Shown here: positions 41,501 through 50,533 of the stretch, piece by piece | Numbering within the stretch: the first letter of the stretch is position 1 | Layout: each line of letters starts with the position of its first letter | DNA from: an uncultured Spirochaetaceae bacterium | GTDB lineage: Bacteria > Spirochaetota > Spirochaetia > SZUA-6 > DRHE01 | DNA length: 64,000 nucleotides | Assembly: GCA_964490725.1 (NCBI GenBank) | Contig: CAZBDU010000013.1 | Span: 8,633 to 72,632, forward strand | Direction: 5' to 3' | Notes under the pieces: generated by a model | The model's database searches: none | Told to the model about the DNA's origin: nothing | The model's input: the letters and a program-made list of their open reading frames with translations, nothing else | Made by a program: the position numbers and the translations under genes

Positions 41501-43086
41501 GGTGCCGTCTCCTCTTTCTCCCGTCGCGCCCGCAAAATGCGGCAGCTCAACCGAGCCGCCTGGTAGTTGGAGGGCATCACCAGGCAACCGACAGAGGCCA
41601 GTTTCGCTGTCTGCCGCTCCAGATTCTGCGGATCCCCTTCCGTTCCAGTAACCGAAGCGATCATAGCCAGCGCACCGCCGCGTCGTTTTGCCTTGGCCGA
41701 GGCCTCCCGCATGCTATTCAGCAGGGCTCCGGCCGGATCAGGGTGCGAACCGTAGCCCAGAACGAAGTCCAGGAGCAGCACGGCCACTTCAGGATCTTCG
41801 GCTTCCTTCAGGATACGCTCGGCACGGAGGCTGGGATCAATCATCGGGTGCGGCCGCCCCACGGTGAACACGTCGTCGCCCAGGTCTACGATTGTATGAG
41901 CCTGCGATCGCCAGGGGTCGCTCAGTCGCAGCTCAGCCCGAAGCTGATTGGTGGAGTAAACCTCGCCGATCTCCTGCTCCAGCAGGGAAAGGGCCTCATC
42001 GGCAAGAGTTCCACCGGAGAAGAGCCCGCGCACATAGCGCTGCTCGGCGGCCAGGGCGCCGCCTGCGCCGGTCACGAGTCGCTGCAGCTCTGGCTCAGGC
42101 AGGCTGAGGGCCTGCGGATCGTGAGGCCTGCCCTGCAGCAGGGACACGGCCAACCCAGCAGCTTCCTCCAGACTGCCGGCCTGGTGGACGCCCTCCGGAA
42201 GGCCGGAGCGCCCGGACAATCCCTGTGCCCCGACGAAATGCACCACCCCCGGTTTGCCCGAGCGCCCCAAACGGCTTAGCACTTTGCGGGCCACCTCCGG
42301 AGCCGGAGGCTTGGAGATGAGCACGATGATGTCGGTGTGGGGGTCTCGTTTGAGCGCTTCGATCCCCATGAGCATGGTGGAGCCGCCCACCTCCGGGCTC
42401 AAGTCCCGGCCCCCGGTGCCGATCGCCTGGGAAACCCCGCTGCCCAGCCGATGCAGCAGGCAGGCAACCTCCTGCAGGCCGGTGCCCGAAGCGGCCACCA
42501 GTCCTACGCGGCCGCGGCGCACTTCGTTGGCGAAGCACAGAGGCTTGCCGTCGATTATGGCGGTACCGCAGTCAGGGCCCATCAGCAGCAGACCCTTGCG
42601 GGCGGCCAGGTGTTTGAGAGCTACCTCCTGATCCAGCGGAACGTTGTCCGAGAACAGCATGACATGCAGGTCCCGCTCGAGGGCCAGGCGCGCTTCCCGC
42701 GCGGCGTATGCTCCGGGGACCGAGATGATCGCCAGGTTGGCTCCAGGCAGCAGCCGCAGCGCGCCCTCCAGGCTCACTGGACGGTAACCTTCAGCTGAGG
42801 CCACCTGCTGTTTCTGCTCGCCGAGAAGCTGGCGCACCCGCGCCAGGGCTTGGGCCGCTGCGGTTTCGCCCGTCGCCTCCACGGCGATCACCAGGTCGTT
42901 CGGGGTGGCCCACTCCAATTCGGGACAGGAAAAACCTATCCGCTCGAGCAGCTCCCGGTTGGTTTCGGTGGCCATGGCCACCACTGCCTCCGTTATGCCC
43001 GGCAGCTTCTTGACTTCGGCGCTGATGAGCATCAGGAAGACGGAATCGTGATAGGAGCCCTTGGCCACCAGAACCTGTCTCTTCAA
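41497..43086 (-). CDS. fdrA: FdrA family protein (succinyl-CoA-synthetase-alpha-like / acyl-CoA synthetase-like)
   Basis: 529 aa. N-terminus (TTG start) KRQVLVAKGSYHDSVFLMLIS, like E. coli FdrA. CoA-ligase-type Gly-rich segments are present. Confidence 0.85.
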   Translation of the reverse strand: MKRQVLVAKGSYHDSVFLMLISAEVKKLPGITEAVVAMATETNRELLERIGFSCPELEWATPNDLVIAVEATGETAAAQALARVRQLLGEQKQQVASAEGYRPVSLEGALRLLPGANLAIISVPGAYAAREARLALERDLHVMLFSDNVPLDQEVALKHLAARKGLLLMGPDCGTAIIDGKPLCFANEVRRGRVGLVAASGTGLQEVACLLHRLGSGVSQAIGTGGRDLSPEVGGSTMLMGIEALKRDPHTDIIVLISKPPAPEVARKVLSRLGRSGKPGVVHFVGAQGLSGRSGLPEGVHQAGSLEEAAGLAVSLLQGRPHDPQALSLPEPELQRLVTGAGGALAAEQRYVRGLFSGGTLADEALSLLEQEIGEVYSTNQLRAELRLSDPWRSQAHTIVDLGDDVFTVGRPHPMIDPSLRAERILKEAEDPEVAVLLLDFVLGYGSHPDPAGALLNSMREASAKAKRRGGALAMIASVTGTEGDPQNLERQTAKLASVGCLVMPSNYQAARLSCRILRARREKEETAP

Positions 43087-43099
43087 ACTTCGTTCCCAC

Positions 43100-44392
43100 C
43101 TACCGTTGGGCCAGACGGGAAGCCGCCTGCCGCCCCTCGGCGATCAGCCGTTCTTCATCCAGCCGGGTGAAGCGTTTCCCCTCCAACAGGACTTCGCCGT
43201 TTACAATGACGGTATCCACATTCTGAGGCCCGGCGGAGTACACGACCGCTGCTATGGGGTCGTGCGAGAAGACCGTATTCGGCTGCTGCATATCCAGAAT
43301 GGTGATATCGGCCAGGTACCCGCGTTTGAGCACTCCGGCCCGGATTCCCAGCGCCCGGGCACCGTTCACAGTGGCCATCCTCAACACATCGCGAGCAGTG
43401 ATCTGGGCGGCATTCATGTGGTGGATCTTCTGCAGGAGAGAGGCGGTCTTCATCTCGCTGAACATATCCAGCCGCCCCGTGCTGGCCGCTCCGTCCGTGC
43501 CCAGGCAGACATTGGCGCCCGTCCCGGCCAGCCTGCTCAGCGGGGAAACCCCGTCCGCAATGTACATGTTGGAGGTGGGGCAGTGCACTGTGCTGGATCG
43601 CGCCCGACCGAGTGCCTCGATCTCGTGATCGGCCAGGTTGCAGGAATGCACCCCGATGAAACGGCCATCCAGGATCCCCAGCTCGTGCATCAGCTCCGCA
43701 TCCCGCTTGCCCTCTCGCTGCTGGAGCAGGCGAATGTCCCCCTCGCTCTCGGCCAAATGGATATAGAAGAGCCGGCCATACGCGTCCGCCAACTCTTTCG
43801 TCTTACTCAACAGCCGAGTGGATACGTAACAGGGATGCATGGGGCCGGGAAATACGTTGGGGTGTCTTTCCAGCAGCGCCGCGGTGCTCTCAAGGATGCT
43901 CGCCTCGTCTTCCAGCAGGCTCGGATTCGCCTCGACCTCATAGAAGCCCCTGGCCAGGAACCCGCGAATTCGTGTTTCCGCGAAGGCGGCGAGCACGGTT
44001 TCGAAATGGGGATTGCCGTAGTTCATGTCCACAAGGCAGGTCACGCCGGACCGGATGTTCTCGGCGATGCCGAGCCGTGCCGCTGCCTGCATGTCCGGGG
44101 CTGAATACCGGTGCACCACGGGCCAGATCACCCGGCTCAGCCAATCCAGCAGGTTCAAATCCGCGCCGCGGGTTCGCAAGAACACCTGGAACAGGTGGCA
44201 GTGCAGGTTGGCGAAGCCGGGCAGGGCGTATTTCCCGGCTGCCCGGATGAGCTTGTCCGGGCGAAATGGGGGAGCCTGTGTTCTACCTCCCGCATACTCA
44301 ATTCGGTTGTCTTCGACGAGCACAATGCCGTCCTGGATCGCCTCGGCATGATCCATGGTGATGACCGTGGCTCCCTCGATGGCCAGCTTCAC
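43100..44392 (-). CDS. Amidohydrolase (TRZ/ATZ / SsnA / nucleobase-deaminase-like)
   Basis: 430 aa. GFANLHCHLFQ metal-binding HxH, HLAESE, GTDGAAS. GTGA overlap with the upstream gene. Confidence 0.85.
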   Translation of the reverse strand: MKLAIEGATVITMDHAEAIQDGIVLVEDNRIEYAGGRTQAPPFRPDKLIRAAGKYALPGFANLHCHLFQVFLRTRGADLNLLDWLSRVIWPVVHRYSAPDMQAAARLGIAENIRSGVTCLVDMNYGNPHFETVLAAFAETRIRGFLARGFYEVEANPSLLEDEASILESTAALLERHPNVFPGPMHPCYVSTRLLSKTKELADAYGRLFYIHLAESEGDIRLLQQREGKRDAELMHELGILDGRFIGVHSCNLADHEIEALGRARSSTVHCPTSNMYIADGVSPLSRLAGTGANVCLGTDGAASTGRLDMFSEMKTASLLQKIHHMNAAQITARDVLRMATVNGARALGIRAGVLKRGYLADITILDMQQPNTVFSHDPIAAVVYSAGPQNVDTVIVNGEVLLEGKRFTRLDEERLIAEGRQAASRLAQR

Positions 44393-45297
44393 CGCCTACT
44401 CCCTGCTGTACGTGCCTTCTCCAGGTACCACAACAGGCCCACTAAAGCGTCCGTGCCGGAAGTCTTCCCATGCGCCACGGCTTTCTCGACCACCTTGAAC
44501 ACGGCCTGCAATGGTGCGGCCCGGGTCAGCCCTCGCACGGCAGAAAGCAGGTAGGCAGGAAAGCTCCCTCGCAGGGCCAGCCAGAGCAAGGTCCTCCCGC
44601 CCGGGCTGGAGCGGTCAAGCGTCGATCGGATACGCTCCGAGTCGATGCGCGGCGCTCCCGCGCGCTGCAGCATGAGCGCCCTCTCCCCCAGCAACATGCC
44701 GGCCAGGAAATCGTCTCCGGAAGGGGTAAAGCCTGGTCCCAGCCCTACGAGATCCTCCAGCCCCTGCAGAATCGGAGGATCAGAAGTCATTTCGACCCGG
44801 CGAAGAGTTGCAGCGGCGTACTCCCGGAAGGGGTTGGTCCCCTGCAGAGGGCCGAGTTCCCGCTGGAACCGGCCCGCCGCTTCGGATCTCGCCAGCCCGA
44901 GAAACCCTCCTGGCTCGCCGCAGGCCCCCAGGGCTCGGGCCAGGTCCGCAGCCTTCTCGGTGAGGCACCCACGCGAATCGAATTCTGATGGTGCAGCCGC
45001 GCGCACATCCCGCCCGCGCAGCCGGCCCCGCCAGAGCCGGCAGCCGCTCAGACAGACCTCGATACTTCCGACGCGCAGGCGGGTCCCAACTCGTTTCATG
45101 ACCGCTCCCACCACCGGGGGACGCCGGACCCGTTCCGGCAGCAGGACGGCCATGGCCGTCATCCGGTCCCGGCTGTTCACGAAGGACAGAAGCAACCCGT
45201 CGTCAAGAAGGACATTAACGGCGTCTGGATAACTGGCAACCACAGCCCCCCGCCCGCAGCAGCGGTTGACATGGCAACCGACAGTCAGGCTCGTCAC
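44389..45297 (-). CDS. DUF2877 family protein (YlbF-like)
   Basis: 302 aa. Signature GLGPGFTPSGDDFLAGMLLG and C-terminal GKTSGTDALVGLL. GTG start, uncertain. Confidence 0.75.
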   Translation of the reverse strand: MTSLTVGCHVNRCCGRGAVVASYPDAVNVLLDDGLLLSFVNSRDRMTAMAVLLPERVRRPPVVGAVMKRVGTRLRVGSIEVCLSGCRLWRGRLRGRDVRAAAPSEFDSRGCLTEKAADLARALGACGEPGGFLGLARSEAAGRFQRELGPLQGTNPFREYAAATLRRVEMTSDPPILQGLEDLVGLGPGFTPSGDDFLAGMLLGERALMLQRAGAPRIDSERIRSTLDRSSPGGRTLLWLALRGSFPAYLLSAVRGLTRAAPLQAVFKVVEKAVAHGKTSGTDALVGLLWYLEKARTAGSRR

Positions 45298-45325
45298 GCT
45301 CGTCCCATGCTCGTTTTCAGCTTGC

Positions 45326-45718
45326 TCAGGGCAGGCGGGCGAACAAGCCGTAGATCTCCTTGCCGGAGCGTTCCGTGGTCACTCCGGGCTCGGCGAGCAG
45401 CTCCATGCCGGTCTTCGGATCGTCCACTTCCAGCCGGACGCTGGCTTTCAAGCCGTTCTCGAAGGCCACGACTCCGAACAGCAGGAACTTCACGTCGTAC
45501 CCTTCGGGAAGCGCGTATACCCGCGTCCAGCCCAGCAGCTTGCACTTGCCCCCCAGCGGGACCTTCTCCCAGGGAGAGAAGAACACCGCCGACGGGTCCC
45601 GCCTGGTGTGACATTTGCCGCACACCATGGGCGCCGGGTAATAGAGCGTCCCGCAGGTCGGGCACTTGAGCGCGTTGACCTCTGCCTGTTGTTGGCCGTA
45701 AACGCTGAAATCGATCAT
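45326..45718 (-). CDS. Zn-ribbon/OB-fold DUF35 protein (thiolase partner)
   Basis: 130 aa. CPTCGTLYYPAPMVCGKC zinc ribbon followed by an OB-fold-like region. ATGA overlap with the thiolase gene. Confidence 0.8.
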   Translation of the reverse strand: MIDFSVYGQQQAEVNALKCPTCGTLYYPAPMVCGKCHTRRDPSAVFFSPWEKVPLGGKCKLLGWTRVYALPEGYDVKFLLFGVVAFENGLKASVRLEVDDPKTGMELLAEPGVTTERSGKEIYGLFARLP

Positions 45719-46920
45719 TTCGTTATCCTCGAACAAATGGTGGAAACTACGTTGTTGCCGAACCCCCCGAAGTTCACCGCCAGGCCATGCCTGGGGTTCT
45801 GGACCTGCCTTCCGTTCTCCGCCTCCCCGCGAAGTTGCTTGACCAGCTCGAAGACCTGCGATACCCCTGTGGCTCCCACGGGGTGACCCTTGGCCTTCAG
45901 CCCGCCGGAGGTGTTCAGAGGAATGAGGCCGTCGATGCGGGTTTCTCCTCGCACGATCCCCCCCCGGGCCTTGCCCCTCTCGAAGAAGCCGACCTCCTCG
46001 GAGATGGCGATCTCCAGGATCACGAAGGCGTCGTGCAGCTCCGCGAACGAGATGTCCTTGGGTCCCAGGCCCGCCATCGCGTAGGCCCTCTCGGCGCTCA
46101 GGCGCACCGCCTCCAGGCGCAGCGGGTCCATCCGCTCGTGCACGCAGTGCACGTCCGTGGCCGAACCTACACCTGCGATCAGCACCGGCGCCTTCTGCTG
46201 GAAATGCTTCATCCTCGGAGAATCCAGGGCGCACAGCAGCAGGGCCGCCGCGCCGTCCGAGACCGGACACATGCCATACAGGCGCAGGGGCTCGGCGATG
46301 TAGTTGTTCACCACGTCGGCGTTTTCGCCGTCGTGGATCGCCTCCAGCGTGCAGGGGACCCGCACGTGGGCGAAGGGGTTTTTCGCCGCGTTCTCGTGGT
46401 CCTTCACGGCCACCATGGCCAGTTCCCGCTCGGTCAGGCCGTAGCGCTCCATGTACATGCGCGTGAAAATGCCCCCGAAAGCCGGCAGGGTGAGCCCCAA
46501 GTCATACTCGGCCTGGGGGTGCAGCAGCGTGGCCACGGCATCCGTCCCTATCCAGCCGGTGACCGCCCGCATCAGTTCCCCCCCGGTGACCAGCACCACA
46601 TCGGCCATCCCGCTGGCGATGGCCATCACGCCCATCTTCACCGCGCTGGCTCCGCTGGCAGGGCCGTTCTCCACCAGCTCGGCCATCACCGGCTCCAGGC
46701 CGAGCCTGCTGGCCAGCGCCGAGGCGATCCCCGTCTGGTGGTTGAGGATCCCCCCGGCCATGTTGGCCACCAGCAGCTGGTCGACGATCTTGCGCTCCTT
46801 CAGGATCCCGGCATCCTCCAGGGCGCTGCAGGCCGCGAAGCCCATGATGTCCACCAGGTCGAACTCGCTCAGGTTCCCGAAAACCGTGTGTCCGATTCCG
46901 ACGATTCCTACTTTCCTCAT
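45715..46920 (-). CDS. Thiolase-domain protein (SCP-x / non-specific thiolase type)
   Basis: 401 aa. MRKVGIVGIGHTVFG.., ..NGPASGASAVKMG.., ..NTSGGLKAKGHPVGATG.. Confidence 0.85.
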   Translation of the reverse strand: MRKVGIVGIGHTVFGNLSEFDLVDIMGFAACSALEDAGILKERKIVDQLLVANMAGGILNHQTGIASALASRLGLEPVMAELVENGPASGASAVKMGVMAIASGMADVVLVTGGELMRAVTGWIGTDAVATLLHPQAEYDLGLTLPAFGGIFTRMYMERYGLTERELAMVAVKDHENAAKNPFAHVRVPCTLEAIHDGENADVVNNYIAEPLRLYGMCPVSDGAAALLLCALDSPRMKHFQQKAPVLIAGVGSATDVHCVHERMDPLRLEAVRLSAERAYAMAGLGPKDISFAELHDAFVILEIAISEEVGFFERGKARGGIVRGETRIDGLIPLNTSGGLKAKGHPVGATGVSQVFELVKQLRGEAENGRQVQNPRHGLAVNFGGFGNNVVSTICSRITK

Positions 46921-46931
46921 CCCGAGCCTCG

Positions 46932-47624
46932 CTAGCTCCCGCGCTTGAAACCGGGGATCTGCGGATAGCTTTCAGGCATCCTCAGCCTGGCGGCGCCGGC
47001 CAGCAGCTCAGGCGGGACCGGCCGGCTGCCGGTGACCTTCTGGCTCTTCACCGCGTCGTACAGGGCGCGGGTCAGCACGTAGGTGGGAACTCCGCCCAGC
47101 TCGTGGTGGATCTTGGGGTACAACGCCTCCCGGTTCTCCAGCTCGTACTCGATCATCCAGCGCTTGAAACCGATCGGGCTTTCGGCCACGATCCAGACTT
47201 CCTTCTCGCCCAGGATCTCCAGGTGGTGCTCCATCTTGGCCGCAAAGAGCTGGGCGCCGATCCGCAGCCCCCGCTTGATCGTCAGGGTGTGGTGGCTCAT
47301 ACCGAGATTCTGGTCCACGTGACGGCTGGTCACGATGCCGGCAATCTCCCCGTCGATGGCGCCCACGATCACAAACTCGTTGGCCACCCGGTAGCGGAAC
47401 CAGCCCAGGATCTCCGCGTACATCCGCGCCGCCACGATGTCGTAGAAGTCCTTCGGCACTCCAAGAAGCGGATACACCGTCCCCAACAATACCCCCGCTT
47501 CTTCTCTCCTAACCTCGCGAACCACCATCCGCTCCCCGTCGGCCAGGGTAATCACCTTGGGCGGGTATGGTTTCAGCGCCACCTCCGGCGGCCTGAGTTT
47601 CTTTTCCAGTTCGTCGACAGCCAT
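46932..47624 (-). CDS. Hypothetical protein, possible GNAT-like fold
   Basis: 230 aa with a good SD (AGAGGAG). The segment FVIVGAIDGEIAGIVTSRH..HTLTIKRGLRIGAQLFAAKMEHHLE..VWIVAESPIGFKRWMIE resembles an acyl-CoA N-acyltransferase core. The functional call is weak. Confidence 0.55.
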   Translation of the reverse strand: MAVDELEKKLRPPEVALKPYPPKVITLADGERMVVREVRREEAGVLLGTVYPLLGVPKDFYDIVAARMYAEILGWFRYRVANEFVIVGAIDGEIAGIVTSRHVDQNLGMSHHTLTIKRGLRIGAQLFAAKMEHHLEILGEKEVWIVAESPIGFKRWMIEYELENREALYPKIHHELGGVPTYVLTRALYDAVKSQKVTGSRPVPPELLAGAARLRMPESYPQIPGFKRGS

Positions 47625-47691
47625 TCCTGACTCCTCTTGCTCTCTGTTGGTGTCTTATCGCCGGCCAACAGCCGGCGCTCGGTCGCGACAA

Positions 47692-48372
47692 TTATGCGGT
47701 GCCGGCCATCCGCTCCAGGGCGTCCCAGAACCACAGCTCGTAGGTCTGTATCAGGCGGGCCACCCTTACCAAGGCCTTTTCCGGGACCCCTTGCTGGAGG
47801 CCGCGCCGCATGGCGGCGAGGGTGAGCTCGTCGAACGGCGCGTCCGGCGGGGGGACCTCATGAAACGGGCTCAGGAAAGCCACGGCTTGGCGGGGCACCC
47901 CGTACCCGTCCGCCAGCCCATCCGCGACGCGCTTGCAGGCGGACCACCAGGCCGAGAAGTTCGAGGCGAAAGCGACGAGCACTTCGGCCTCGCTGCCGTG
48001 GAGGGCCAGGCGGGCGAAGTAGGAGGGGTAGGCCTGGCACCTGGGATCCGGCTCGTGTTCCTCCAGTGCGGAGGCTTTGCAGCCGAGGGCTTCGGCCAGC
48101 CTGCGGATATGAGCCTGGGCGTATTGCTCGTTTTCCACCAATTCGCGGAAGAAGTCGGCGGAAGGCGCCTCCTTGAAGCGCCCGTACAGGTGCTTCGAGG
48201 AGGGCAGATCGCTAGCCACGATGTGGTACTCCTCCAGCGGGAGAATCGCGACCTGGGCCTTCGAATACTCCCGGGCTTCGACCTTCCGCAAGAAGGGGTG
48301 GTCGAGCAATCGAGACTCGAAGGGTTCCAAGGCCTTCCTGATCTGCTTGAATACCGACTGGGCTGGATCCAC
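47692..48372 (-). CDS. Heme-oxygenase-like fold protein (TenA/PqqC family)
   Basis: 226 aa. LLDHPFLRKVEAREYSKAQVA..ENEQYAQAHIRRLAEALG..QAYPSYFARLALHGSEAEVLVAFASNF.. pattern. GTG start after GGGAGG. Confidence 0.6.
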   Translation of the reverse strand: MDPAQSVFKQIRKALEPFESRLLDHPFLRKVEAREYSKAQVAILPLEEYHIVASDLPSSKHLYGRFKEAPSADFFRELVENEQYAQAHIRRLAEALGCKASALEEHEPDPRCQAYPSYFARLALHGSEAEVLVAFASNFSAWWSACKRVADGLADGYGVPRQAVAFLSPFHEVPPPDAPFDELTLAAMRRGLQQGVPEKALVRVARLIQTYELWFWDALERMAGTA

Positions 48373-48391
48373 TCGCTGCCTCCCGTCAAAC

Positions 48392-48418
48392 GCCCGCCGG
48401 CTAACCGCGCCGGCGGGC
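48392..48418 (-). terminator. Perfect 10-bp GC hairpin (GCCCGCCGGC-7 nt-GCCGGCGGGC) after the binding-protein gene; attenuator or mRNA-stabilising stem
   Basis: Read directly. Only a short T-run (GTTT) follows on the minus strand, so it is probably not a full terminator. Confidence 0.4.
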
Positions 48419-48432
48419 CGAGGAAAACTACC

Positions 48433-49491
48433 CTACTTGATGATCACCTCATTGACCAGCTCGACCTTCAGCGCGCCGCTTTTGAGCTTCTTCTCCACAT
48501 CCGCGGCGGCATTCTTCACATTGTCCGGCACGACCGAGCTCCACTTGCCCAGATAGATCGACCCATCCTTCGCGCTCAGCGGCCTGAAGTACCACTGCTT
48601 GCGGTAGGCGGCGAAGTTCCCCTTGGCCACCGCCTCGATGGCGCCCGTCAGGGGCGTGGACCAATCCATCACCACGCTGGTGAGAACGGTGTTCGGAGCC
48701 ACATCCAGCTTGTCCATGTACATGGGGATGATGTAGATCCCTCTGCTCTGGGCTTCGAGGATGGCGGAGTTGTCGTCCATTTCCGTGAAGACCACGTCGC
48801 AGCCCTGCTGGGCAAGGCTGTTCACCGCATCGCGGGTCTCCGCCGGGGCAATGTAGTCCCCGATGTAGATGACCTTCACCTCGATGTCCGGCTTGGCGGC
48901 CTTGGCGCCGAAGTAGAAGCAGTTGGAGTAGCGGTTCAGCGGCGGCGCCTCGAAGGGCTGCAGGACGCCGATCTTGTTTTTCTTGCTCATCAGGGCGGCC
49001 GTGTAGCCGGCCAGGTAGTTGCCCTCCCAGGGGGTGTCGCCGGCCAGCACGAGGTTCTCCGGCGTCTTGTCCGGCGTGTACTTGCCGGTTTCCGGATCGC
49101 TGGCGTACAACCGCGGGTCCAGCTGCAGCTCGCAGACGAAGGCCACCTTCGGGAACTGCTTTGCCACCGTGACCACCTGCTCCAGGTAGATGTCGCTGTG
49201 GGCGAAAATCAGGTCCACCCCACGGGAAGCCCAGTTGCGGATGATCTTCTCCGCGTCCTGGGTGGTGGTGCCTTCGCTCAGGCTCAGCTTGAAGGGCACC
49301 TTCTCCTGCGCCTTGATCAGTCCGGCATAGGCCGACGGGTCCCAGGTCCCCTCGTTGGCATGGCCGTACATGACAGCCACCACCTCCAGCTCCTTTTTGG
49401 GGGCGCTTTCGCTGCCGCCGCCGGCGAACACCATCTGGCCCACCAGGCCGAGAAGCAGAACCACGCCGAGAAGCAGGTAACCTTTCTTCAT
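48433..49491 (-). CDS. BMP-family (PnrA/Med-like) ABC transporter substrate-binding lipoprotein
   Basis: MKKGYLLLGVVLLLGLVGQMVFAGGGS signal, then a typical BMP pattern (VVAVMYGHANEGTWDPSAYAGL..DLIFAHS..). Start placed at the internal ATG after GGAGGAGAG. Confidence 0.85.
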   Translation of the reverse strand: MKKGYLLLGVVLLLGLVGQMVFAGGGSESAPKKELEVVAVMYGHANEGTWDPSAYAGLIKAQEKVPFKLSLSEGTTTQDAEKIIRNWASRGVDLIFAHSDIYLEQVVTVAKQFPKVAFVCELQLDPRLYASDPETGKYTPDKTPENLVLAGDTPWEGNYLAGYTAALMSKKNKIGVLQPFEAPPLNRYSNCFYFGAKAAKPDIEVKVIYIGDYIAPAETRDAVNSLAQQGCDVVFTEMDDNSAILEAQSRGIYIIPMYMDKLDVAPNTVLTSVVMDWSTPLTGAIEAVAKGNFAAYRKQWYFRPLSAKDGSIYLGKWSSVVPDNVKNAAADVEKKLKSGALKVELVNEVIIK

Positions 49492-49606
49492 CTTCTCTCC
49501 TCCTTCACCAAAGATGAGACAGGCGCGGCCGAAGCCGTGCTCCTGTCGATCCGAAGCCCAATACACTCGCTCTCTATCACCTCCTTTCGGCAGCGTTCCA
49601 GCGATG

Positions 49607-50533
49607 TTATTCCCGGTAGTAGGGCTGCCCCAGAGCCGAGGGAATGCGGGACTTCCCGGATCTGGACATGATCAGGATCAGGACGAAGAGGGTGACGATG
49701 TACGGCAGGGCCGTCAGGAACTCGGAAGGCACCCGCACGCCGATCACCTGCAGCCTGATCTGCAGCCCGTTGATGCCGGCGAACAGCAGGCAGCCCCACA
49801 GGATGTTGGCCGGCCGCCAGCGGCCGAAGATGATGATGATGAACGCGATCCACCCCCGCCCGGCTACCATGCCCTGGGTGTAGCCCTGGAGGAAGTCGAC
49901 GGCCAGGTAGGAGCCGGCCACCCCGACCAGTCCGGCCCCCAGGGTCACGCTCGCCTGCCGCAGCAGGAACAGGTCCACCCCGGCGGCATCCACCACCGCC
50001 GGGTTCTCCCCCGCCGCCCGCATGAACGCCCCGGGACGCGTGCCGTAGAGGAACCAGGACACCGCGACCAGCAGGGCGATCGAAAGCACGAAGATCACGT
50101 CCAGGTCCAGGATCAGGCCGAGCCCCCGGCTTCGGTCGGACAGCCCCAGCATTTCCGCGATGGACTTGAAGCCGACGGTGGATTGATCGAAAGGGATGTA
50201 CAGCTTGTAGAGGAAGCTGGCGAGCCCCAGCCCCACGAACCAGAGGCCGAAGCCGATGACGATCTGGTCAAGGTTGAAGCGGATCGAGAGGGTGGACAGG
50301 ATCAACCCGAAAATGAGCCCGCCGCCGAAACCGAACAGCAGCCCCATCCAGGGGGATTTGCTCACGAAGAAGCCGATCATCCCCAAGGCACAGCCCAGGG
50401 TCATGTTGCCCTCCATGCTGATGTCATAGATGCCGACCCTCTGGGAAAGGAAGCCGCCCAGGGCGGCGATCAGGTAGATGGGCAGGATGTTCAGCGTGGA
50501 GAAAAAGAGGTTCAGCAGCAGGTCGCCTACCAT
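49607..50533 (-). CDS. ABC transporter permease (BMP/nucleoside-type, second permease)
   Basis: MVGDLLLNLFFSTLNILPIYLIAALGGFLSQRVGIYDISMEGNM.. About 9 helices. Confidence 0.85.
   Translation of the reverse strand: MVGDLLLNLFFSTLNILPIYLIAALGGFLSQRVGIYDISMEGNMTLGCALGMIGFFVSKSPWMGLLFGFGGGLIFGLILSTLSIRFNLDQIVIGFGLWFVGLGLASFLYKLYIPFDQSTVGFKSIAEMLGLSDRSRGLGLILDLDVIFVLSIALLVAVSWFLYGTRPGAFMRAAGENPAVVDAAGVDLFLLRQASVTLGAGLVGVAGSYLAVDFLQGYTQGMVAGRGWIAFIIIIFGRWRPANILWGCLLFAGINGLQIRLQVIGVRVPSEFLTALPYIVTLFVLILIMSRSGKSRIPSALGQPYYRE

Noticed and set aside
49492-49606. A possible sigma54 or other promoter in the 115-nt gap upstream of the BMP binding-protein gene (TGGAACGCTGCCGAAA on the minus strand).
   Set aside because: It lacks the TTGC -12 element at the correct spacing, and no dyads like those at 17030 and 29096 are present.
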